Assembly: GCA_973895155.1 (NCBI GenBank)
Contig: OZ316892.1
Coordinates: 12,154,238-12,218,237, forward strand
Length of the DNA stretch: 64,000 bases
Reading direction: 5' to 3'
From: Marsupella aquatica
Lineage: Eukaryota > Plantae > Marchantiophyta
Shown here: positions 14,151 through 25,233 of the stretch, in pieces
How positions within the stretch are numbered: position 1 is the first letter of the stretch
How the letters are laid out: the number at the start of each line of letters is the position of its first letter
The notes under the pieces: generated by a model
Databases searched by the model: none
What the model saw: only the letters and a program-made list of their open reading frames with translations
What the model was told of the DNA's origin: nothing
Made by a program: the position numbers and the translations under genes

Positions 14151-14909
14151 CTCGGTGAGGATTTTGGAAGAGCAATCAAGGGGTTAACACGTGTATTCAA
14201 ACCTCCAAAACCCCCTACCACCCTTCGTCCTCGAAATCTGGTCGCACGCGCAGAAAATACTCATGGCAAAATGTACCCCTCGACACCAAACGCAAGACAT
14301 CTCACTTGGGTTTTGACAAAATCAGGATCTGATTTCAGATTTGGAAACTAGACTCCGAGGCGGTGAAAATCGATATAAGAAGCACCCAAAATGAGGAAAG
14401 AACAAGGGAGAAACAAATTGGTAAAGATGACAGATTTTTTTCAATTGCCTTAGCCAATTTCGAATCAATTTTTCAAAGAGAAAAAAATGGTACCTTGTCA
14501 ACAACGAATGTTGATGAATTGCACTCAGTGCTGTCACCAAGTCCAACAAGGTAATTGATTTCTCTTAGATCAATGATTTCACTAATTCTAGAAATTCTTT
14601 TTTCCAAAGTGGCTTGGTAAAATTTCCAAATTAAATAAATACATTATCCAACAACCTTAAATGAAGTTTCCAAAACTTGGAACTGGAATTTCTAGAACAC
14701 TCTTTCAAGTTTCCTAAACACCAATTGAAATTTCCAAATCCATGTAAAATACATTTTTGGCGTACGAATTTGGTGGAGAATAGTCATATGAGTAATGTCA
14801 CATTTTCATTGTCACCCACTAACGGGAACCATACAGAAGTCCATAACAATTGTTTACTTATAATAGACCTCCCCTCAATATTCCAAGTCTCCAAATTTTT
14901 AAATAACGA

Positions 14910-15961
14910 TCATTGAATGTGTGTTGCTACAAAACATATTTGAGCAAGTAAGTCTACTTCTTGATCAAACTTTCTATCTCGGTTGCAAGCGTCTTTAGGA
15001 TACAAGTTTCTAAACTTATAAGTAAGGTCCCTAGTTTTTAGGACTTCCCAAACAAATTGTCGCTTATTTTGTAAATATGGGCCGGAATAACCATCTCCAA
15101 GTAGACCTTTAGCAATTGAATTGATGTCACGGTCACTCATATCCTGCACCGGTGGCAAACTTTGCACGGTATGCTTCACTTCCTAGGAAATCTCGTCTGC
15201 TGAGTGATCAAGGACAGTGAAATTATCGACGATGCCAGCAACGCGGTGCCCCCAGGCTTGAGTGAGTCTTGCAAAGATATCACAATGCCTCCTTTGGGCT
15301 TCACCCTTCTTGTAGGCGGACCATTTTGGGTAGTTAACATTCAGAAAGTGTCTTACATCAAAAGCATTGTGCATTCTTTGAAGAAGTGGAAGCAATATCT
15401 CCATCAGAAAAGTGTCGCCTCCCATGTTGTGAACAAACAGAACTGGAAACAACGTGTTAACATTGGATTCGCGAAACACTTCAGAGGAGAGTCATCGATG
15501 AGAACAGTATTTGTCGAACCATATCTATTGCCAAAGCGATCCCAAACAGTTTGGATTTCCTTGAGAAGTATGTTTGCCTTCCCATCCGTAATATCTGACC
15601 TCAAAAAGCCAATGTCAAACATTTCTTCTTGGGTGAATACAAACTTGAACTGCTTTCGTTCAGCATCGTTGAAAACAAGATCCATCATTTCATTTGTTCT
15701 CGGCCTTCCCGCGCAAGTCCAAATTGCGACATCGTAATACCTGAAAATCACTTGTAAAAATTTGTGAAGACCTGGACGCTCCACATACATAAATGTGTTC
15801 CCGCCCCGTCTTCCCCTGTGAACGCCCCTCACAGATGTGAGCCTCCAAAATGGTCCGGAGCTTTTACTCTTTACGGAATTGAAACAAACCTTATTAAGGT
15901 AAAAAATCAAGAGCTTTCGCTTGATCTCTGAGTGGAGTTTGGGAACAAACTCTGCAAACAT
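14910..15961 (-). pseudogene. FCP1/SCP (NIF)-like HAD phosphatase-domain protein, disrupted
   Basis: KLLIFYLNK (degenerate DLD/DLN motif), ERPGLHKFL, YDVAIWT, LLKEIQTVW, TNTVLIDDSPLKC; frameshift near 15470 and in-frame TAG at 15183-15185. Confidence 0.75.
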
Positions 15962-16062
15962 AAAATAATCAAATCCGGATGGTTAGTCATTGGAACAGTC
16001 TTGACCAAAGACCATTTGAAGTCAAGTCAGTCCTTGAAATCAAATACCCCGTCTATCACCCT

Positions 16063-17447
16063 CTACACGCGTCTCGTGCAGAAATCACTGTATTGCGGAG
16101 GAAAGCTCAATCTATTCCTGAATAGACTTAAAATGATTTCTCTCCTCTCCAAATCTATGTCCTCTCCTGTGAAATCAAAAGGAAGGTCCAAACTACGGTA
16201 GTTTGCAAACTTCATAACTAACACACCACAATTATAGTAATCAGTTTGTCTTGGGATGTCCTTGGGACTATGTTTTGGCCATAGAGTAGCTAAGACTTGC
16301 TTGTGACTTCTGCTTTGAATTTCATCCTCGACATATCTGGCTAAGTTTTCAAGAACCTCTGGCCTATTGTTATGCAGAGAATCGAGATATTCTAAATACT
16401 TGTGTTCCATGTCAATCACAACTAACGCCCAATGATCGCCACCTTCGTGAATGGGGACGAATATTCGATGACAATCAATTAAGAAAAATATTTCAGTCGT
16501 GAAGTCCAAGCCTCCACGGATCGGTAAGAGTAGCCATTCGACGTCAGTGGAGTATAGAACCAACTGTCAAACACATGGCACTTCAGAAGCTCCCTGTCGG
16601 GATGTTCATTCCTCTCCACTATGAGACTTAAGTAGGCACTTAGAATATCGGAACTTATCCAATTTCTAGGACTCAAGCACCTCATCTGTCCACGAGTTAT
16701 TAGGCACCCATTAGTCCTGACTAGAACCGCATCCTGATCCAACAGATCACTGAGGCAATTGTCAATCCTCGTTTTGTTATCCATTGGATCCGGAGACGGG
16801 AGAGGACATTTGTTTATGTTTAGAGCTTTATGACTTGAGACAAGAGAGAGGAAATTGGCACCTGCCTCATTGGTTGCCTCCGCACGATCGACTCGCCTCT
16901 CTGACACCTCAGGAAGATTCACTATGAGAGAAAATGAGTTATCATTCTCTCTTGTTACTTCAGCGCTACGAGAGTCAATATTGTCATCGCATTGAAATTC
17001 AATCGGAGTGTGATCTTTTCCCACAATCCCAATCTCCTCCACAACAATCTCTTTTAAGGATCCACAATCCACCACCCCCTTCTCGACATCCTTGAGTGTA
17101 GTTTTTGCCTCACAATCATCAAAAACTGGGCCACTTTGAAGAACTGAAGCATCAACCAAAAGAGATTGCTCAACACCTCTGTTGCACTCTAACCCTAGAG
17201 GGTCAAATGAATTTTGAGGATCTACACGATACGTGTGTAGGGAGACATCATCCACAACATCTTCCAAAGTTTTGTTGAATGCAATCAACCTCGTGCCCGC
17301 CTGTAAGTTTTCAGAATTATCTGCCAAGTTACCATAACCTCCTTCAGCCATTAGAAGAGGAAATCCTTTGCGACTTGCAATTGGAACGACTGATGGACCA
17401 ATTCTCATCTCCCCAATGGAACTTAGAAACTTTTCCTCCACTTCCAC
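16063..17447 (-). pseudogene. Ulp1/SENP family C48 SUMO protease domain, frameshifted
   Basis: CLSPRNWISSDILSAY, CHVFDSWFY, IFVPIHEGGDHWALVVID, YLDSL, IPRQTDYYNCGV: His, Asp, Gln and Cys catalytic residues present; frameshift near 16500. Confidence 0.9.
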
Positions 17448-17477
17448 CCCGGTGTAATGTAAAACTGTACCGACAAT

Positions 17478-18374
17478 CTAATAATGATGGCCCTCTTTTG
17501 CTCCACTAGCATTGGAGTTTTGAGTCGAACTCCCTTCAAGGCCAGGAGGTTTCCACAATGATTTGGCAAACTGTGCAACTGGAACTAACAATTTAAGATT
17601 CTCTGCATAAGCTGTGAGGTCATAGACATCCTCACGGTCAGAGCAGAATGAAAAACACTCACGCTCAAGCATCAATGCATTCTTCAGTACCTGCCCTCTT
17701 GTGAAAAAATCCAGGACAATTTCCTCCCTCAAAGAAAATGCATGAATAAAACTCTGTAGGATGCGATTGGGCTTAATATTCAATGTGAATGGTCGTCCAG
17801 TCGTCAATTTGAAAGGAACAAGGCCTTCAAGTCGTGAGATCAATGTGTCCCTTTTTTCTCCTGAATATCTTCCTTCAAAATATCGGAATAATCCTCTCGA
17901 CTTGGCTTGATTGTCTCCTCCAGGTCGGACTCCTCCAACACAAAGTGTCCGGTAAAATCCTTGAAATGCTTTTCCCAATCAGGAACCCAATCTTGGGAGA
18001 CGCCAAGGAAAAGAACCATGTCCGCATCGCCTCTCATGTGTTGCGAAGGAGCATTAACCAAATAACTCCTCATGAACAAACCATATTCAAGGTGCGCATT
18101 ATAGTTCTCCGGGAGATCTCGAACAGCTTCAATTATTCTTGCAAGAATAATACCAAGACGAACAAAAAAAACAACTGTTACCAGATCATTTGTTGGGATA
18201 TTCACGACGATCTTCAAGAAGTTCAAGATTTTGGACTGCGTCCAAACCGGTTGTATGGGTCAAATCAACAATCGCTAGAGATGCCAATATTGACTCCTTG
18301 CAGCTAGCCGAATCAAAAGGAGGATCAGCATACGCGAGCAGATTTCCAATATAGAAAACTTGGTAAGGATCCAT
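17478..18374 (-). pseudogene. Degenerate beta-class amino (N6A/N4C) DNA methyltransferase-like domain
   Basis: IKPNRILQSFIHAFSLREEIVLDFFTRGQVLKNALMLERECFSFCSD matches the motif X-I-II pattern KP..L...I...S..GD.VLDPF.G.G....A..L.R..IG.E/D; upstream candidate motif IV LAYADPPF (or LAIVDLTH); split over three frames. Confidence 0.55.
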
Positions 18375-21300
18375 CCTTGCGCGGAGATGGCCGCCAACCT
18401 CTTTTGATGAATATTTCTCAACCTATTTTTCAGTGGCTCCGACATCTCTGCTTTTAATGACACCTTCACAAGGCTCTTGAAATATCCAGTGTCCACCATT
18501 GCACAACAACGATCCAATTCCTCATCTGTGAAATTATATTGTTGAACTACATCACCCCAAGTTGATCCTTGCGAGAAAACCCCTTCGTACTTCTCCCGAT
18601 AAAATCGAAGTATTGCCCCCTTAAGTTTGTCAATATACTTTGCTTTTCTTGCCAATTCTAACATATATGGCGGGAAGATCAGTCAAAGCATGTTTCTTTT
18701 TCATCAAAAGCGCCTCCCCCGAATTCACTTTGTGGAGGATTTCCAAGATGTCGGATTCTACGGCATCCTCAAAAACCCGGAATGTTGTCCTTGTCAACTG
18801 TTTTGCTTCTTTCGATTCTCCAGTCATTTGTCCGGTTGAATCCACAAGATTACCCTTGAGCCAATTATTGCAAACCCCTCTCCATAAAGAGTAGAGCTTC
18901 TGGGGAGCAAACAAAATCCAATTGTACTCGCTGATGCTATTCACCTTTAACGTAACTTTCGCAAGTGTTTCATACTCCTGGGAGGAAAGACCAAACAACT
19001 CAAAGTTAGTCAGCTCAAAGTTTTGAATCCCAAAATACTGGAAAGGCTCTACACGACTCTCGCGTAGAAAGGAGAGAAGGACAGAGTGTCTAAATTTTGT
19101 TCACAACTCTCATGGAGAACCAACCTGAAATTCTGGAGATTTCCAACCCGATGGAAGTGGACGAGCTGGTCGCCCCATATCATTGTATTGCATTCTTGCA
19201 TGTTTCACTTGGTCAATAAATGGAGATGAAAACCAATGTGCCTCCGCCTGAAGGTTGTTCGCGTGTGAAATTTCTACAAGAACTTTCACCGGAGTTGACC
19301 CTTTGAGAATTTGCGCTCGACAATATTTGAGCAAATTGGCTGTTTGCATGAGAGATGGTTGGGTCTTTGAACTTCGGATAATTTTCTTGGCGGCCATTGT
19401 GGAATGTTGACCACTGATGGCAAAGAACTTGAATTCCGCAAGCTTCTTGGTGTCAATATCCTTCCCGCAAGGTCAATTAAACTTGGTACTCCGTCGATCA
19501 TCTTGTAAGGAACCAAATCTGCAGGTAAAGGTTCTTGCCCTGCATTTGTCATCATCAGTTGCACAAGATGGTTGACATGCTCCTCATTGAGGAGTCTCTC
19601 ATTCATCTTTGCAGGAGGGGGATGGATGTTTTCAACCGGGACAGAAAAAAATTTGGATATCCTGAAACAATACCAAGACTTATTCAACTCCAATGTTTTT
19701 TTTGCAATCTCCAGACGAGCACGGTCGACAACTAGCTTTGCGGAACTAGGGTTCTCGTCAATATCCACATCTTCCTGATTTTTCTTTGCTTTCTTGGGCT
19801 TGCGAATGACAGCTTGAGAGGTGATGACAACCTTCTTCTCAATGTTTGGGGCCTTCTTCTCCACGGCTCTGACCATGGGAGCTTTCACAACAATTTCAGC
19901 CAACTCTGTGGTCGTTCCCCTTTGCTTAGGAGGCTTTGCCCTTGATTCCACAACTACTGATTCAACATCAAGTTTTGCTTTTTTCTTTCCCTTTGGTGAA
20001 GGATCTTTTACGACTCCCTTTTGCTTCAGCGTCCTGATCTCTGATTTGACCTTTTCAACTTTCTTCCTGACCGACGCAGATTTCTGTCCAATGCGAGACT
20101 TTTGAGACGGTTTCTCCTCCTGAGGTTTTGTTGGTGAAGCGACTTTCTTTGCATTGCTTGTTTTTCGTATTTTGTCCTTGATTCCTTGCACTTCCTTGAC
20201 AACTTGAATTCTCTTTTGGGAAGACGTTGCCTTTTCTTGTTTATCAACCGGAGATACGTTTTTTCCACCTTTCACTTGAGGCACGACTTCGCGCTGGTCA
20301 GAAACAAGAACTCTCTTTTGAGATGGTTTCTTGTCTTCTTTTTGTTCTTCCCGTTGAACCTTCTTGCGGTCTGTTTTTGCCGCAGGCGACTCATCTGCTT
20401 GATCAACAACTTTCACTCTCTTCCGAGGTAGTTTAGCTTCTTCTTTTATTTTCTCAAAATCAACCTTCTTCCGGCCTAGTTTCCCTGATGGTGATTTTTC
20501 GTCCACTGCTTTTTTCTTCCCACTGGGTGTGGATGACTCTGACACAACACCAGCTTTCCCCTTCCTAGGTGAAACTCCCTTTGAAGTCTTTGCGTATCGC
20601 TTCTCTGTTGGAGGCTTTGCTGGGGGGATGACCTCATTTTGTTGAATTTCCCCACTCTCAACATCATTGTTAATTGGTTCAACTCCACCTTCTAAACTTG
20701 TTGACTCTGACTCATTCTCTGACCCCGCCCGATTCTGAAAAGTCTTCTTGCTCTCTTCTTGGACACTTCCCTCCTCTCCGTCATCCTCATTTTCTGACTC
20801 ATAGACTGATATCGTTTCATGGGACTTTCTCTCTCCAGAGGCGGACAAGTCATCATCGGAGGAGTCATCCTTGTCCTTTCCCTCCCCATTCATCATTGTC
20901 AATCTCTTTTCCACCAGCTTCTTTCTTCCTGGGCGTACCAAGTCTTGGATTACTGGATGCCCTCAAATCCATTCCTCCACCTTTGTCTCACTAAAGTGTT
21001 TCATGAACACAACATTCGGAGAAATAGTCATCTTTCTCCTCCAGTCATCGTCTGGGATCTTCATCCGCATTATATGATCCACCTCTCATGTCCGAGAGAT
21101 AAAATATTTTGACTGCTTCATGACATAGGAGACCCGTCCGAGCCCCATAATTATTTCATCAGCCGTAAAGATCCGATCAGGTGAGAGCCATCTATCCGCC
21201 AAGGATCAAAGAAACCACATGAGACAACATTTGTGTCCTGGTTGTAAGGTTCAAGACAATGTGCTGAGCAAAACCCATGAAGTGGAGCAACCATCTGCTT

Positions 21301-21501
21301 GAAATTCCAAGAACTCTCAAACTCCAATGTCAGCAGAAGAGATGGGTTGTCCTTTGGGGACGCAAATCTCGTACAGTCTACGAGAGTGCCAAAACTCACA
21401 AAATTTCTTCGTCCATTTTCTGTTTTAACTCCCCTCACAATCAAACGGGAGTTGCCTTTGACTGGTTGCAATTCAAAAGACCATGAATTCACAATCACCA
21501 A
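18275..21501 (-). pseudogene. Lys/Glu-rich N-terminus, ParB/Srx-like domain and helical region of the large accessory protein
   Basis: FSVPVENIHPPP..MNERLLNEEHVNHLVQLM; after a frameshift at ~19462, KFFAISGQHSTMAA (cf. DGQHR/GERR box) and LVEISHANNLQAE (cf. ENLQRE); probable short intron ~19039-19124. Confidence 0.6.
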
Positions 21502-21989
21502 AATATTCTCAAGTTTTGCAACCGTTGGAGTTTCAATCCGAAGCCTGTCAGAACGGAAATAAACAGAGTGAACTCCTAGAAGACAAGGAGAAATATGTCA
21601 AACATCTGCACGACACTCGCGTAGAAAATAAAGTGAGCCCACAAACTGTTGCTTCATTATAAACAAAATGATGTGAAAACATCCTTTACAAAATGGCCTC
21701 TTTGGCGTGTAAACGGTCTGGCAAAAAATGACTATCAGAACTTTGGAGATAGTCTTATGAGCCATTTGAGCTCATCATGATTCAGAGTCAAAACATTGTC
21801 CAGATTTAAGAAAACAATCTAATCCGCTAGAAACATAAGAGTTCCCTAACTCAAAGTATGCGCACACATGTGGCCATGAAGGCAACAATTTTTCTTTTCC
21901 AATTCAATCCATCACACTTTGGTATCTAATTGTCTTTCCCTCTCTCGGCCATCGGCCAGCTCCTGTCGCAGGTCATGAACTTGACGATC

Positions 21990-22640
21990 TCAAAACTTCT
22001 CCATCTCAAGAGAAGCTTTCATGGACTTTGCCGCTACGTCGCAAGTAGTCAAATGCTGGATCTGTGCCCATTGATACTTTGCAAACATCTGCTCCCGTTC
22101 GTATTCTATTGCTTCCTTTTCATCCTCCAACGCTTTTTGGAGAATGGAACTCTCCATCAAACTCATATCAAATGCATAAATACTTTTTTGTAACAATCCC
22201 TCAATCTTCTCAAAATTGTCCTTGCGATGAGCGCCTTCCTCTAGAAAAGTTGAACGAACAAAGTCACATGAACAATGTTTTGATTCCATATGGTACATAT
22301 GAACGAGGATTCTACAAGACAGTCGCGTTGAAATCCATTATCTCCAAGATTGGAGAATCGGTTCTACGCGAGACTCGCGTAGAACTAAATAGGAAATTCT
22401 AAATTCTAACATAATGGCTCTCAAATAGAGACTATGGGTCGATGAAAGAGACCCATTCTACACGACTCTTGTGTAGAGCAGACTCAAGTTTAGCACAATC
22501 CATTGAAAACAGAGAAATGTAGGTCAAAATTACCTTTGAGCTTCCTCAATGCAGCGAGAGCAAGTAATTCGGCGTCATTTTCTGCCAAAGAAGTCGTCAT
22601 TCCCTTTGCACGTGCAAACTCCTCCACGATAATGTCAAGG
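21990..22640 (-). pseudogene. Upstream exon(s) of unknown coiled-coil-like protein
   Basis: ORF 21990-22298 plus a short exon ending ..ALRKLK|GTAATT near 22533. Confidence 0.35.
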
Positions 22641-22811
22641 ACCGATGAGTTGAGAAAAAACAAATAGAAAACATAAATGATCCAAGGTCCAAGGTCCGAG
22701 GTCCTTTTATAGTCCGAGACAAGCGTGAAAGAGCGTATCGTCCGAGGGGAGCGTGAAAGAGCGTATCATCCAAAGCGAGCGTGAAATGGCGTGAAACAAT
22801 CTAAGGGCCAA

Positions 22812-22935
22812 GCGTGAGAGAGAGAGAGAGAGCATGAGAGAAAGAAAGAGAGAGAGCAAGAGAGAAAGAGAGAGAGAGAGCGAGAGAGAAAGAGAGAGAG
22901 AGAGCGTGATTGAGAGAGAAAGACAATGAGAGCGA
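22812..22935. repeat. (GA)n microsatellite in the region between the divergent genes
   Basis: Long imperfect GAGAGA tract; CT-rich on the minus strand, typical of plant 5' leaders. Confidence 0.9.
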
Positions 22936-23429
22936 CAGCGAGCTGGAAAGCAACATATACCCCTTTCGCGTGGAATACTGTTGAACAATGATTGCGGTTG
23001 CTACCCGGCCGCCAAACCTGACACTCGGGATCCTGGACGTGTCACTAACATGGCAAACCACCACCCGCCGCCAAACCAATCTGCATTTATGGAAACGACT
23101 GCTCACCACACACCACGCCGCCACAAAAAAGTACTACACGACAATCTGGTAGAGTTGAATGTCTGAAATTCTTGCACCCCCACTCACTATATAACATGAC
23201 AGACCACTTTGTGCAAGTTATTTTTTGAGACCTGACTCATTCGTGCCTTCAGTCCGAGGTGGGACTGTCATTAAAGCGTGCTCTGTTGTTTCAGGTACTG
23301 CATCGGTACAGTTTCTCGTACAATTTTTCTCCTATCATTTTCAATTTTGTTTTAGTGATTGTGTCAGTATGTGAATGCATGTGCTTGAGTCTTTCCCATT
23401 GGGATGTGGTTGAACTGTATATTCAGTAG

Positions 23430-23765
23430 TAATCTCTATTGAATTTTGGACTTTTGATTGTCTACACGAGCCTCGTGTTGTTCCCTTCGTCTATGCAAAT
23501 ACAACGTTCAATAGGAAGTTCCTATAAGAAGAATACTCATTTCAAAATATCCATCTCTATATAGAAGGTTTAAGAGCCTACTAGTTGGATTCAGTCGTAA
23601 ACTGTATTGAATATTGGACTTTGGATTGTCTAACAAGCCTCGTGTTGTTCCCCTTGTCTATCCAAATACAACGTTCAATAGAAAGTTCCTCTAAGAAGAA
23701 TACTCATTTCAAAATATGCATCTCTATATGGAAGGTTTAAGAGCCTACTAGTGTGGATTCAGTCG
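23430..23765. repeat. 168-bp tandem repeat carrying the palindrome; third copy resumes at 33204
   Basis: TATTGAAT.TTGGACTTT.GATTGTCTA at ~23437, ~23605 and ~33211. Confidence 0.85.
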
Positions 23766-25063
23766 TGTGACGGGGCCAATGGTCCCAAGGAATGATTTTA
23801 AAGGGTAGTAGTGACGCATACATGTAAATACATAGATTTGTGTCAAGTTTTTTTTCTTTTGTTCTCTTACAACCTTGCCAACAATAGTTTATGCGCAATA
23901 TAGATGAGATAAGTAGTGATATTTTTTTCTAGGTCCTCTTAATTTTAGTTATCGGGCCAAGCCTCAGAGTTGGGGGGTTGGCCGCTGGCCGGTCCGGGCC
24001 AAGGCATGTGCCCTATTGCCATTCCATGCTGGAGCCGGGGGATTATCTAGCTTTACATTTTTATCACCAGCCCTAGTATTTGCGCATGGGGGCCGGTCGA
24101 AGGAGTTAGTGGCCAAGCACCGCATGAGGTGCCCCGGCCAGCAACATGGACCCTAGCACAAATTAGCCTCGGCCGAAAAGAGCTGGCCATAAGGGCAAGA
24201 AGTCCCGGAGAAGGGAGCCGGCCAAGAAGGAGGCCCGGCCTTAGCTTATAGGGGCACTAAGGGGGGATTAAATTCCCCTTTCCAAGAAAGCCAGCCAAGG
24301 GCAAGAGGCCTGGGAGAAGGGAGCCGGCCAGGAAGAGCAGGAGTGGAGCCGGCCCAGGAAGGCGCAAGAAAGAGGGCACGAGGAAGGAGCTGGCCAAAAG
24401 GTGGCCCGGGCTTAGGAGGAGGGAGCATGATCATGGGGATTAAATCCCCCTTCCAAGGGGAGGCCTCGGCCATAGGGGTGCGAGCCAAAGGGGAGCCGGC
24501 CAAGGGAAGGTGGCCCGGGAGGAGGGAGACGGCCAGGAGGCTTCGTGAACGAAGGGCAGGTGGCGCCAGAGGGAGCGAGAAAAGGTGAGGGGGGAGGGGA
24601 GTAATAAACCCCCCACACCTGGAGGAGGAGAAGGTACATAGGGGGCAGTTAAGGGCCCTTGGATCCCAGGGGGATCCCCAAACCCGGGAGCATAGGGCAC
24701 CGGGCCCCAAAGTGGTGGAGGGATTGGCCATTAAGGCGCCCATAGGGACGTGCGCCAGAGGGAGCGAGAGAGGGCGTGATGGGGGGAGGGGGATAATAAA
24801 TGCCCCAACCCTAGGGAGCAGGTCCGTGGGGGAGGGGGGCAGTTAAGGTCCCAAGGGATCCCCCAAATTGGGCAGAGCAGGTGCGTAAGGAGGAATGGGG
24901 AGGGGGATTAAAATCCCCCAAACCTGGGGGAGAAGGTTCATGGGGGAGGGAGGCAGTTAAGGTCCCTGGATCCCAGGGGATTCCCCCTTTGGGCAGAGCA
25001 GGTATGCAGGGTAGGAAGGGAGGCCTTGGCCATTAGGAGCGAAACTTGGGGGGAGGAGCGGCC

Positions 25064-25070
25064 TATATAA
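25064..25070 (+). promoter_or_regulatory. Putative TATA box for the long ORF
   Basis: CCTATATAAG after a G-rich repeated region and before a pyrimidine-rich leader. Confidence 0.55.
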
Positions 25071-25233
25071 GTGCTCATTTCCAACTCTTTTTTCCCAGTT
25101 TTTTTTGCGCTCCTCACTCATTGCCGAAACTCTTTTCTCTCCTCATCGATCAACCTTCCCCTTTGTGTCATGTACTACCTCTATTTTCCTTGAGTGATTC
25201 TGAGAGCGGCCATGGAGTGAGCTGGAGTGGGGA

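Noticed and set aside
14150-14900. Left TIR of the DUF7869 element
   Set aside because: No convincing inverted match to ~44900-45900 found by eye; ends left undefined.
17478-19700. Bacterial or phage contamination explaining ParB/methyltransferase motifs
   Set aside because: Embedded among plant transposons, contains a probable spliceosomal intron, and is contiguous with a eukaryotic Ulp1 domain.
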